Positions 10,240-19,603 of a DNA stretch of 64,000 nt are shown here, piece after piece (positions within the stretch are counted from its first letter, which is position 1; each line of letters opens with the position of its first letter). The position numbers and the translations under genes were made by a program. The notes under the pieces were generated by a model. The model saw only the letters and a program-made list of their open reading frames with translations. It had not been told where the DNA came from and did no database searches. This DNA comes from a virus, in IMG/VR virus record IMGVR_UViG_3300028581_000013; one strand, 5' to 3'.

Positions 10240-10616
10240 ACACAATAAAAATAGTTCGATTAAAGAGTGGTGAAGATATTATTGGTAATGTAACCGCCAA
10301 TGGTATTCAATATTATGACATTGACGAACCAATGGCATTTGAGGTTGATTACCGTGGTAATCATTCTGGTTTAGTTATGAGGCATTGGCTGCCAGTTCAA
10401 CTGCTTAAGAAAAATCAAATTCAATTAAACGCTCATGATGTTCTTTGTGTTTTAGAACCAGACGATGAATTCTCCGAATATTACCTTAGTACTGTGGAAA
10501 AAGTTAATCGATTGTTAGAGGCAAAAGCTTCAGTAAAGGATATGACCGATGATGAAATACAAGAAATTGTTGATGAATTTAATACGATGAACCAAGGTAA
10601 TGATACATTACATTAA
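10236..10616 (+). CDS. Conserved hypothetical protein (Sm-like N-terminus)
   Basis: IKIVRLKSGEDIIG; typical gene between uvsW and gp55. Confidence 0.7.
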   Translation: MNTIKIVRLKSGEDIIGNVTANGIQYYDIDEPMAFEVDYRGNHSGLVMRHWLPVQLLKKNQIQLNAHDVLCVLEPDDEFSEYYLSTVEKVNRLLEAKASVKDMTDDEIQEIVDEFNTMNQGNDTLH

Positions 10617-10639
10617 TACTTTAAACCAGGACATACTCG

Positions 10640-10668
10640 ACTTTACACTCTTGTCAAGCAAATGTCAA
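10640..10668 (-). promoter_or_regulatory. Putative antisense sigma70 promoter upstream of gp55
   Basis: Minus strand TTGACA-17 nt-TAAAGT; a second TTGACA lies in the spacer. Confidence 0.45.
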
Positions 10669-10686
10669 TAACTTTATGTGGTAAAC

Positions 10687-11223
10687 ATGGCAACTAAACA
10701 AAAACATTATATAAACAATGCTGATTTTTTACAGGCTTTAATTGACTATAAATTGGCACAGAAGGAAGCTAAGAAGAACAAATTGCCTCCTCCACCCATT
10801 CCTAATTACATTGGTGAGTGCTTTATGAAGATAGCAGAAGGTTTATCACACAAACCCAACTTCATTAATTACACTTACCGTGATGAAATGATGTCAGATG
10901 GTATTGAAAATTGTTTAATGTACTTTGATAATTTTGATCCAAACAAATCTAAAAATCCATTTGCCTACTTTACACAGATTATCTATTATGCTTTTTTACG
11001 TAGAATTGGTAAAGAAAAGAAACAACTATATGTTAAATATAAAGCCACAGAACAAATGGGTATTTTGGATGAATTTGAAATGATGGAATTTGAAGATGGC
11101 ACTTCAAGGCAGTTTGAACTGTATGATAATATTGCCGAGTTTATAGAAACTTATGAATCAGCCAAGGCAAATAAAAAAACGGTGAATAAGCCAAAAGGTA
11201 TTGAAAAGTTTATAGGAGAGTGA
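10687..11223 (+). CDS. gp55: Late transcription sigma factor gp55
   Basis: HYINNADF, NFINYTYRDEMMSDGIENC, NPFAYFTQIIYYAFLRRI. Confidence 0.97.
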   Translation: MATKQKHYINNADFLQALIDYKLAQKEAKKNKLPPPPIPNYIGECFMKIAEGLSHKPNFINYTYRDEMMSDGIENCLMYFDNFDPNKSKNPFAYFTQIIYYAFLRRIGKEKKQLYVKYKATEQMGILDEFEMMEFEDGTSRQFELYDNIAEFIETYESAKANKKTVNKPKGIEKFIGE

Positions 11224-11227
11224 TATA

Positions 11228-11395
11228 ATGTACAAAGTTTGTTATTACCCAACACAATCAGAAACAGTTGTGTTTTTTAAATGGTTTAAAACATTACAAG
11301 ATGCTGCCTTTTTTGCTGGCAACAAACCTAATGAATCCGTACTTGAGATAAAATATTATGATGACAATGAACATAGAAAACCAAACCGAAACTAA
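11228..11395 (+). CDS. Small hypothetical protein (55 aa, not in ORF track)
   Basis: AGGAG RBS; MYKVCYYPTQ...KPNRN*. Confidence 0.5.
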   Translation: MYKVCYYPTQSETVVFFKWFKTLQDAAFFAGNKPNESVLEIKYYDDNEHRKPNRN

Positions 11396-12146
11396 AAAGA
11401 TTATTGTTGTATCTGGTGGATTTGATCCACTACATTCTGGCCATATTGCTTATTTGAATGAAGCCAAAAGCCTTGGCGACATTCTTGTTGTTGGTATTAA
11501 TAGTGATGAGTGGTTGATTCGTAAAAAAGGCAAAGCCTTTATGAATTGGCACGACCGGTCTAAAATAATAAAAGCACTTAAATCTGTTGACTATGTTGTT
11601 AATTTTGATGACACAGATGATAGTGCAATTAGACTATTAGATACAGTAAAGAAAACATGGCGTGATAACAATACTATATTCATATTTGCAAATGGTGGTG
11701 ACAGAACTAAAGACAACATACCAGAAATGTCTGTTGATGGTGTTGAATTTGTTTTTGGTGTTGGTGGTCAAATCAAGTTAAATTCTTCTTCAAATTTATT
11801 GAACGAATGGAAATCTCCTAAAACAAAAAGACCTTGGGGATTCTATCGTGTATTATATGAAACACCAAATACCAAAGTTAAGGAATTGGTTGTGGATCCT
11901 GGCCAATCTCTAACAATGCAAAGGCACCAATATAGAAATGAACATTGGCATGTTGTTGAAGGAGAAGCAACAGTCATTGAAGAAAGAGCAAGTTCAAATT
12001 CAAAAAACATCTATTACAAACATAATACTGTACACGTACCAATTAATGTCTGGCATCAATTACAAAACAATTCAAGTGAGCCTTTAAAAATTATAGAGAT
12101 TCAGTATGGTGAAAAATGTGAAGAAGAAGATATTGAGAGAAAATGA
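11358..12146 (+). CDS. Cytidylyltransferase (HxGH) fused to mannose-6-phosphate isomerase-type cupin
   Basis: VSGGFDPLHSGH, FANGGDR; C-terminal RPWGFY..QRHQYRNEHW..IEIQYG. Confidence 0.85.
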   Translation: MMTMNIENQTETKKIIVVSGGFDPLHSGHIAYLNEAKSLGDILVVGINSDEWLIRKKGKAFMNWHDRSKIIKALKSVDYVVNFDDTDDSAIRLLDTVKKTWRDNNTIFIFANGGDRTKDNIPEMSVDGVEFVFGVGGQIKLNSSSNLLNEWKSPKTKRPWGFYRVLYETPNTKVKELVVDPGQSLTMQRHQYRNEHWHVVEGEATVIEERASSNSKNIYYKHNTVHVPINVWHQLQNNSSEPLKIIEIQYGEKCEEEDIERK

Positions 12147-13213
12147 AAATAGCTATTATAACTGACCAACATTTTGGTGCTCGTAATGATTCAATACATT
12201 TTTTAGATTATTATGAAAAATTTTATCGGGACACTTTTTTTACCACAATTGATGAGAACGGTATTGATACTGTTCTTATTTTAGGTGATACATTTGATCG
12301 CAGAAAGTATATAAACTTTTTTACACTCAAGCGTTCAAGAGAAATGTTCTTTGATAAGTTGTATGCAAAAGGCATACAGGTACATATGTTGGCTGGCAAC
12401 CACGATACCTATTTTAAAAATACCAATGATGTGAACTCGGTTGATTTGCTGTTGCAAGAATACAGCAACATTAATGTAATTTCAAAACCAACCATTATTA
12501 ATGTGAAGAATACAAATATCTGTATGGTACCTTGGGTTTGTCCTGAGAATTATAATGACTGTATGTCAGTTATATCTGATACCAATGCTGATATCTGTAT
12601 GGGACACTTTGAAATTCAAGGCTTCGCTATGCATCGTGGTATGCCAAGTCAAGAAGGATTAAGTCGTGAGTTATTCAGAAAGTTTGATTTTACTTTTAGC
12701 GGTCACTATCATCATCGGAGTTCATCTGACGGTATACATTATCTTGGAAACCCCTATGAACTTACTTGGCAAGATTATAATGACACTAGAGGTTTTCATC
12801 TTTTTGACCTTAGCACTCGGAGTCTTGATTTTATAAAAAACCCAAATGTAATGTTTCATAGAATTGTTTATGATGATAAAGTGGAATCAATTACCGAAAT
12901 CAATAATAAAGACTTGAGCAAGTATACCAATACCTATGTTAAAGTTGTGGTAATTAATAAAACAAACCCCTATTTGTTTGACAAGTTCATGAACAATCTG
13001 TATAATGTAAATCCTGTTGATATTACCATTGCAGAAGATTTTACAGACTTGACAGAAGGTGTAGAAGATGATATGGTGGATCAAGCGGAAGATACTATTA
13101 CAATTATTAATAAGTTTGTAGATGGTATTCAAGAAGAACACATTGATAATGAAAAGCTAAAAACAGTAATGCGTGAATTATATGTTGAGGCATTGAACCA
13201 AGAACAGGCATGA
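12143..13213 (+). CDS. gp47: Recombination endonuclease subunit gp47 (Mre11/SbcD-like)
   Basis: TDQHFG, GDTFD, GNHD, SGHYH. Confidence 0.96.
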   Translation: MKIAIITDQHFGARNDSIHFLDYYEKFYRDTFFTTIDENGIDTVLILGDTFDRRKYINFFTLKRSREMFFDKLYAKGIQVHMLAGNHDTYFKNTNDVNSVDLLLQEYSNINVISKPTIINVKNTNICMVPWVCPENYNDCMSVISDTNADICMGHFEIQGFAMHRGMPSQEGLSRELFRKFDFTFSGHYHHRSSSDGIHYLGNPYELTWQDYNDTRGFHLFDLSTRSLDFIKNPNVMFHRIVYDDKVESITEINNKDLSKYTNTYVKVVVINKTNPYLFDKFMNNLYNVNPVDITIAEDFTDLTEGVEDDMVDQAEDTITIINKFVDGIQEEHIDNEKLKTVMRELYVEALNQEQA

Positions 13214-14925
13214 TTAAATTTGAAAAAGTCCGTTGGAAGAATTTTCTTTCAACAGGATTAAACTTTACTGAAATCAATCTAACCAAATCACCAAATACAC
13301 TTATCATTGGTAATAATGGTGCAGGTAAATCTACGATACTGGATGCCTTGTGTTTTGGTCTCTTTGGTAAACCATTTCGTAAAATCAATAAACCACAATT
13401 ACCAAATTCTATCAACCAAGCGGACTGCATTGTTGAGATTGAGTTTTCTATTGGTAAAAAACAATACAAAGTAATTCGAGGTATCAAACCAAATACATTT
13501 GAAGTGTATTGTAATGGCATAATGGTTGACCAAGATGCCAAAGCTAAAGACTATCAAGAACACTTAGAGAAGTTTATTCTCAAATTAAACTATAAATCAT
13601 TTACTCAAGTGGTAATTCTTGGTTCAGCTTCGTTTGTTCCGTTCATGCAATTATCACCAGCAGACCGTAGAGCCATTATTGAGGACTTACTAGACATTCA
13701 AATCTTTTCGTCTATGAATGGTGTGGTTAAAGAGAAAATGGCCACCATAAAAGATACCTCCACCAAAAACAAATATGAAATGGATTTGACATCTGAGAAG
13801 ATTAATTTTCAAAAACAAAGTATTGAAGAACACCGAAAACATAATGATGCCGAGATTGAAAAAAAACAAAAAGATATTACAGATTCAGAAAAACAGGTCA
13901 AGAAGTTGAACAAAGATATTGGATTGATTCAGAAACACATTGATGTGTTGAATAGTAAGATATCGGATCAAATGGCCATGCAAAAAAAGAGTGGCAAACT
14001 GGTTCAATTAGAATCTAAACTAGAATCTCGTTTAAAGAAGATTGAAAAAGAAGTTGGATTCTACCATGATAATAGTGATTGTCCCACTTGCAAACAAGGC
14101 ATAGAACAAGAATTTAGGGAACAACAAATTACCACACTAAACAACACCAAGGTTGAAGTTAATGATGCACTAACAGGTATAGCAAAACAGATTGCTGAAA
14201 CAAGTGATAGAATTGATGCCATACAGAAAATAATTCAACACATACAGGCACATAATAATGAAATAGTCAAACACAATTCTACTATTACAGCAGTAAATAG
14301 TTTTATTGGTAAATTACAAAATGAAATTAATGATTTATCTAATCGTAAAGATAACCTAGAAGAAGAAAATGCCAAACTAAGAGAACTCAGAACACATTTG
14401 GCTGAATTGATTACCAAACGAGAAGAACTATCTACAGAAAAACAATATTATGAATTTGCTGGCAACTTGTTAAAAGATACTGGTATTAAAACAAAGATTA
14501 TTCGCCAATACTTACCTATTATGAATAAACTAATTAATAAGTATTTGACAGCCATGGACTTCTTTGTGAACTTCAATATCAATGAATCGTTTGAAGAAAC
14601 AATTAAATCAAGGCACCGTGATGAATTTAGTTATGCCAACTTTTCAGAAGGTGAAAAAATGCGAATCGATTTGGCACTATTGTTTACATGGCGACAGATT
14701 GCCAAATTAAAGAATAGCACAAACACCAATCTATTGATTCTCGATGAGGTATTCGATTCTTCTTTAGATGGTGTTGGCACAGAAGAATTTTTAAAACTAA
14801 TTCATGAGATGGGCAACGATACAAACATATTTGTTATATCACATAAAGGTGACCAACTATTTGATAAGTTTAGGTCAATCATTAAATTTGAAAAGAAAAA
14901 CAATTTCAGTCAGGTGGCAAAATGA
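13210..14925 (+). CDS. gp46: Recombination ATPase gp46 (Rad50/SbcC-like)
   Basis: GNNGAGKS, CPTC zinc hook, FSEGEK, LDEVFD. Confidence 0.97.
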   Translation: MIKFEKVRWKNFLSTGLNFTEINLTKSPNTLIIGNNGAGKSTILDALCFGLFGKPFRKINKPQLPNSINQADCIVEIEFSIGKKQYKVIRGIKPNTFEVYCNGIMVDQDAKAKDYQEHLEKFILKLNYKSFTQVVILGSASFVPFMQLSPADRRAIIEDLLDIQIFSSMNGVVKEKMATIKDTSTKNKYEMDLTSEKINFQKQSIEEHRKHNDAEIEKKQKDITDSEKQVKKLNKDIGLIQKHIDVLNSKISDQMAMQKKSGKLVQLESKLESRLKKIEKEVGFYHDNSDCPTCKQGIEQEFREQQITTLNNTKVEVNDALTGIAKQIAETSDRIDAIQKIIQHIQAHNNEIVKHNSTITAVNSFIGKLQNEINDLSNRKDNLEEENAKLRELRTHLAELITKREELSTEKQYYEFAGNLLKDTGIKTKIIRQYLPIMNKLINKYLTAMDFFVNFNINESFEETIKSRHRDEFSYANFSEGEKMRIDLALLFTWRQIAKLKNSTNTNLLILDEVFDSSLDGVGTEEFLKLIHEMGNDTNIFVISHKGDQLFDKFRSIIKFEKKNNFSQVAK

Positions 14926-15467
14926 GTATATTAAGAGATTATACAAACGCTAAACATAGAGAAGCAGAAGCAAAACCATTTGTTCAGTACCTATTACATG
15001 GTAATATTACACCAGAACATTATGCTTTGTATTTAAAACAGATGTCGGTTATATATGGTGCAATAGAATATTTTGCAGAAATGTCTTTATTATTACTTGA
15101 TTTAAAGGACATAAAAAGAAAAGATTATATTTACGAAGATTTGTATGAACTTGGCCATACAACATTCGAACCTACGTTATCAGCAACAGAAAAATATAGA
15201 CAAAGGATAATTGATTTATATTATTTGGATAAGAAAAAAGATATCTTTGCTCATGTGTATGTTCGTCATATGGGTGATTTATATGGGGGTAAAGCAATTG
15301 CTAAACGAGTTCCTGGTTCTGGTAAAGCATATCAATTTGAAGATCGACCAGGATTAATCAAAGCAATTGATTCAAAATTGAGCTTAGATTTGGTCGATGA
15401 GGCTTTAATAGGTTTTGACCTTTCTATGGGTGTATTTGATGAATTGCAGGAGAAAATAAATGAGTGA
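14922..15467 (+). CDS. Heme oxygenase (biliverdin-producing family)
   Basis: N-terminal His (KHREAE) and HVYVRHMGDLYGG. Confidence 0.88.
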   Translation: MSILRDYTNAKHREAEAKPFVQYLLHGNITPEHYALYLKQMSVIYGAIEYFAEMSLLLLDLKDIKRKDYIYEDLYELGHTTFEPTLSATEKYRQRIIDLYYLDKKKDIFAHVYVRHMGDLYGGKAIAKRVPGSGKAYQFEDRPGLIKAIDSKLSLDLVDEALIGFDLSMGVFDELQEKINE

Positions 15468-16032
15468 AATTTTTAAGTATGATACAGAAGTAGCTTCCAA
15501 AGTTGAAGTAAAAAAACAACAATCGAAATATTTTAAATTGGTAAATGAAAACGATCCAATTTTAAAACAGGTATTACCACAATTTGATTTTAAAAATCCT
15601 CCCGTTAATCCAGAAGAATTTGTGGAGTCTTTAGCCGAAACCTGTAAACTTCATCGTGGTATTGGACTGTCAGCAAATCAATGTGGATTTTCATATCGTG
15701 TATTTGTAATGGGTGCCGGAGATGAATATGTGGCATATTTTAATCCTAAGATAACGGCAAAAACCGAAGAAGAAGTTCACATGATAGAAGGTTGTTTATC
15801 TTTTCCTTTTTTAGGTTTAAGGATTACCAGACCAAAAGAAATTATGGTTGAATACCAGAATTATCATGGAGAAATAAAACAGGCAAAATTTGATGGCATA
15901 TCTGCTCGTTGTTTTCAACATGAGCTTGACCACATGAATGGTATCGTGTATACTAGTCATACAAAGCCAATGGCTTTACAGTCAGGTATGAATAAAAGAA
16001 ATAAAATCATGAGAAAGTTGAAACTCAAATAA
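15460..16032 (+). CDS. def: Peptide deformylase
   Basis: GIGLSANQ, EGCLS, QHELDH motifs. Confidence 0.95.
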   Translation: MSEIFKYDTEVASKVEVKKQQSKYFKLVNENDPILKQVLPQFDFKNPPVNPEEFVESLAETCKLHRGIGLSANQCGFSYRVFVMGAGDEYVAYFNPKITAKTEEEVHMIEGCLSFPFLGLRITRPKEIMVEYQNYHGEIKQAKFDGISARCFQHELDHMNGIVYTSHTKPMALQSGMNKRNKIMRKLKLK

Positions 16033-17297
16033 TGGCAAGAGTAGAACCCGTAGAAACACAATGGAAAAGGTGGACAGAAAAAAATCCATCGGACCAGATT
16101 CGGCATATTGATAAAGAACAGTTAACAAAAACTGTTACTCAAGATTTAGAATATGCCTCTCAAATGGATGTTCGTGAATATACTTTATATCAAAAATGGT
16201 GTGAAGTAAAAGAAAGATATCCAGGCAAAGCTAGTGTGAATATGTTTGGTGATCCAGATATTTCTTGGGAAGATGATGCACAAGCAGCTATTATAAACAA
16301 AGTAAAAAACAATATTTGGGTTCCTAAAGATGTGGATGATTTTCAAAACCTAGAACCTCAAATGTATCTGGCTAATACTAATCGTGTTGATGAATGGAAT
16401 GCTATAAGAACATTTTCTTCTACAATGAAAAACAATTCTAATATTGGAAGAAATTTATATTACATTGTTAAAGATAAAAAAACGAATAAGTATCTTGGTG
16501 TTATCTGTATCTCATCAGACTTTTTAGATTTAACTCCTAGAGATAAAGCAATTGGCTGGTCCAGAGATGTGAAAACATCACAGAGTATGATTAACCACAC
16601 AGCAATAGGTTCAACAATTGTACCACTACAACCTCTTGGATATAATTACATGGGTGGTAAATTACTCGCATTATTATGTTTATCTGACAAAGTTCAAAAT
16701 GATTGGAAAGAAAGATATGGTGATGTTTTGGTAGGAGTTACAACCACTTCATTATATGGAAAAACTAAAGCGGGTGGTCTTTCTCAATATGACGGCCTCG
16801 AGCATTGGAATTCTATGGGATTCTCCTCTGGCTCTGTTGCCTTTGAACCAACAAAACAAACCAAACAGTTGATTTTTGATTGGATAAAAGAAAACCATAC
16901 TCGCAAATATTTTGAATGGTGGGAAGCAAAGAATCCACAAGGATTGCCACTCAAACGAGATCACAAAAATCGTTCATTACATTTTGCTTATCCAAAACTT
17001 GGTATATCAAAAGACAAAACTAGAACAGAACACCAACGTGGTATATATTTTAGTTATCTCTATAATAACACTTGTGAATTTTTACGAAAAGAAATTACAG
17101 AAGATAAACTGGTAAAGTCGTTTGATACCAGTGAAGAAGCGTTAACAAACATCTGGAAAACAAAGTATGCCAAAGGTCGTATTCGGCAACTACAAAAGAA
17201 AAACAATGTTTCATATGAAACACTTTTCTATGATGATTTGATTTATTTAACTTGGGAAGAAACCAAGGCAAAGTATTTGCCACAAGTTGGCAGATAA
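16032..17297 (+). CDS. DUF4338/DruA-like protein, paralog 1
   Basis: QPLGYNYMGGKLLA and TTTSLYG..SQYDG motifs shared with 37923..39032; family assignment from recall. Confidence 0.6.
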   Translation: MARVEPVETQWKRWTEKNPSDQIRHIDKEQLTKTVTQDLEYASQMDVREYTLYQKWCEVKERYPGKASVNMFGDPDISWEDDAQAAIINKVKNNIWVPKDVDDFQNLEPQMYLANTNRVDEWNAIRTFSSTMKNNSNIGRNLYYIVKDKKTNKYLGVICISSDFLDLTPRDKAIGWSRDVKTSQSMINHTAIGSTIVPLQPLGYNYMGGKLLALLCLSDKVQNDWKERYGDVLVGVTTTSLYGKTKAGGLSQYDGLEHWNSMGFSSGSVAFEPTKQTKQLIFDWIKENHTRKYFEWWEAKNPQGLPLKRDHKNRSLHFAYPKLGISKDKTRTEHQRGIYFSYLYNNTCEFLRKEITEDKLVKSFDTSEEALTNIWKTKYAKGRIRQLQKKNNVSYETLFYDDLIYLTWEETKAKYLPQVGR

Positions 17298-17318
17298 TCA
17301 AGTATGCCACAAATATAC

Positions 17319-17348
17319 TTGACACACACACATATATAATGTTATGAT
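17319..17348 (+). promoter_or_regulatory. Sigma70-type early promoter
   Basis: TTGACA-18 nt-TATGAT with TGn. Confidence 0.7.
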
Positions 17349-17403
17349 GTGAGAACTTGCAATACGCAAGGATTTATTTTTAACTATGATTGGAGTTTAT
17401 ATA

Positions 17404-17673
17404 ATGGCTAAGTTATCAGCTAAAGAGCGCATGCTCAACACACTAAAGAAGCAAGACGGTTATAACACTTTTACAACTGCTCAAGCACAACGCCGTTTCG
17501 GCATCAGCAATGTTTCTGCTCGTATCGATGAGCTGCGTCAAGAAGGTCATTGCATCTATACTAACACCCGCACAACCGGTGATGGTCGTAAAGTTAGTTT
17601 CTATCGTTTAGGTACACCAACTAAAGCGATGGTTCAAGCTGCCTTACGTGCTGGGTATTCTTTCGCAGCCTAA
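17404..17673 (+). CDS. Small winged-HTH DNA-binding protein
   Basis: FTTAQAQRRFGISNVSARIDELRQEG..I; GGAG RBS. Confidence 0.75.
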   Translation: MAKLSAKERMLNTLKKQDGYNTFTTAQAQRRFGISNVSARIDELRQEGHCIYTNTRTTGDGRKVSFYRLGTPTKAMVQAALRAGYSFAA

Positions 17674-17685
17674 TTTAAGGTTATA

Positions 17686-17717
17686 GGGGAAGTCGTTCAT
17701 CGGCATCCCCTTTTTTT
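17686..17717 (+). terminator. Intrinsic terminator
   Basis: GGGGAAGTCG-ttcat-CGGCATCCCC-T7. Confidence 0.8.
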
Positions 17718-17732
17718 ATTCTCGGAGAACAA

Positions 17733-18551
17733 ATGGAAATTTCAATAAAAAAAGAGGACTTACAAAAGAAAAGTCTATTCGTAGCCACACCAATGTATGG
17801 TGGCATGAATCATGGACTATACATGAAAGCTTGTTTAGACTTACAAGGAATGTGTGTTCAATACGGAATTAATATTAAATTTTCATTTCTTTTCAACGAA
17901 TCATTAATCACTCGTGCCAGAAACTATTTGGTGGACGAATTCATTCATCGTTCTGATTGCACACATATGTTGTTTATTGATTCCGATATTCATTTTAATC
18001 CACAAGATGTGATTGCTTTATTGGCCATGGACAATGAAGTTTCTGGTGGTCCTTATCCCAAGAAAGCAATTAAGTGGAAATCTGTAAAGACTGCTATTGT
18101 AAAAAATCCTGAAATTGATCCTGCTATTTTAGAAAAAGTTACTGGTGATTATGTTTTCAATCCAGTCAAAGGTACAGCACAATTTAATGTTACTGAACCA
18201 TTAGAAGTATTGGAGATTGGTACAGGATTTATGATGATTAAACGTGATGTTTTTAAAAAGATGGAAGAAGCATATCCAATGATTCGTTATAAACCAGACC
18301 ATGTTGGTCAACAACACTTTGATGGCACTCGCTACATTCATGCTTTCTTTGATACGGTTATTGACACAAAAGATAGTATTGTTGGCGGTGGTTCTGAGCG
18401 ATATCTAAGTGAAGATTATATGTTTTGCCAAATGTGGCGTAAGATTGGTGGTAAAATTCATTTGTGTCCTTGGATGAGAACATCTCATATTGGTACGTAT
18501 CATTTCCAAGGAGATATGCCAGCTGTGGCCAATTTTGTTGGAGAAATGTAA
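17733..18551 (+). CDS. GT-A fold glycosyltransferase-like protein
   Basis: ESLITRARN, LFIDSDI (DxD), GTGFMMI, LSEDYMFC. Confidence 0.7.
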   Translation: MEISIKKEDLQKKSLFVATPMYGGMNHGLYMKACLDLQGMCVQYGINIKFSFLFNESLITRARNYLVDEFIHRSDCTHMLFIDSDIHFNPQDVIALLAMDNEVSGGPYPKKAIKWKSVKTAIVKNPEIDPAILEKVTGDYVFNPVKGTAQFNVTEPLEVLEIGTGFMMIKRDVFKKMEEAYPMIRYKPDHVGQQHFDGTRYIHAFFDTVIDTKDSIVGGGSERYLSEDYMFCQMWRKIGGKIHLCPWMRTSHIGTYHFQGDMPAVANFVGEM

Positions 18552-18910
18552 TGAGTGATGTGAATGGTCCTTTTGGTTATAAAATTGCAGATGAGGTTAA
18601 GGCTTCACAAAATGCAACCACCGGGGGCCGTAAATTTGATGGTGGTAAATTACAATACGGGTTATTACCGCCAGCAGCTTTAAAAGCAACAGTTGAAATC
18701 CTTACGTTTGGTGCAGAAAAGTATGAACCAGACAATTGGAAGTATGTACCAGATTCTAAACGTAGGTATTTTGATGCCATGCAACGGCACCTGTGGGCTT
18801 GGAAAGAAGGAGAGATTAGTGATCCTGAATCTGGTAAACATCACTTGGCACACGCAATGTGCTGCTTGATGTTTCTGTATGAACATGATACAATATATTC
18901 GAAGCAGTAA
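18551..18910 (+). CDS. dATP/dGTP diphosphohydrolase domain protein (DUF5664-like)
   Basis: GRKFDGGK, GAEKY..DNW, RHLWAW, DPESGKHHLAHA. Confidence 0.85.
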   Translation: MSDVNGPFGYKIADEVKASQNATTGGRKFDGGKLQYGLLPPAALKATVEILTFGAEKYEPDNWKYVPDSKRRYFDAMQRHLWAWKEGEISDPESGKHHLAHAMCCLMFLYEHDTIYSKQ

Positions 18911-18930
18911 TTTTTATAATGGAGAAAACA

Positions 18931-19602
18931 ATGAAGTTATCAAATGAAACATTGGCAGTATTAAAGAATTTTTCGGCAATCAATCAAGGCATTCAGTTTA
19001 AGAAAGGCACAAAACTTACCACAGTATCCGCTGGTAAAACTGTTTTGGCACAAGCCACTCTTAAAGATGAATTTCCACAAGACTTTTGTGTATATGATTT
19101 GAATCAATTTTTGTCGGTACATTCTTTACATAAAGATTCTGAATTGAGTTTTGACGATTCAAATGTTATTTTTAAATCTGGTCGTTCTAGTACAAAGTAT
19201 CGTAAAACGGCAAAAGAAATGATTGTAACTCCTCCAGAGAAAGAAATCTCTTTGCCTTCTGTTGATGTGTCTTTCACTTTAACAGAAGAAGATTATGCAA
19301 ACATCATGAAGGTAGCTAGTGTGTTGGGTTCGCCACACATTGCTGTTGAATCTGATGGAGAGTTCGTTCAATTGGCAGCTTTTGATTCTCTAGACGATTC
19401 GGCTCACACCAACTCGATTCAAGTTGGCCAAGGTGATGGTAAAAAGTATAAGATTGTTTTCAAGACTGAAAATATCAAATTAATTCCTGGAAGTTATTCT
19501 GTTGAAATTTCTTTCAAAGGTATTGGCCACTTTAAAAATACTAAAGATGCCATTGAGTATTGGATTGCTTTTGAAGCAAAAGAAACAAAGATTGGAGATT
19601 AA
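18931..19602 (+). CDS. gp45: Sliding clamp gp45
   Basis: MKLSNETLAVLKNFSAINQ, YDLNQFLS, YWIA; precedes gp44. Confidence 0.95.
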   Translation: MKLSNETLAVLKNFSAINQGIQFKKGTKLTTVSAGKTVLAQATLKDEFPQDFCVYDLNQFLSVHSLHKDSELSFDDSNVIFKSGRSSTKYRKTAKEMIVTPPEKEISLPSVDVSFTLTEEDYANIMKVASVLGSPHIAVESDGEFVQLAAFDSLDDSAHTNSIQVGQGDGKKYKIVFKTENIKLIPGSYSVEISFKGIGHFKNTKDAIEYWIAFEAKETKIGD

Positions 19603-19603
19603 T

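Noticed and set aside
14922-16032. Cyanophage assignment from heme oxygenase, deformylase and hsp20
   Set aside because: No photosynthesis or bilin reductase genes in the window; other genes look proteobacterial; host unresolved
16032-17297. Complete Druantia defence system
   Set aside because: No DruE-like large helicase or other Dru genes; the two DruA-like genes are solitary
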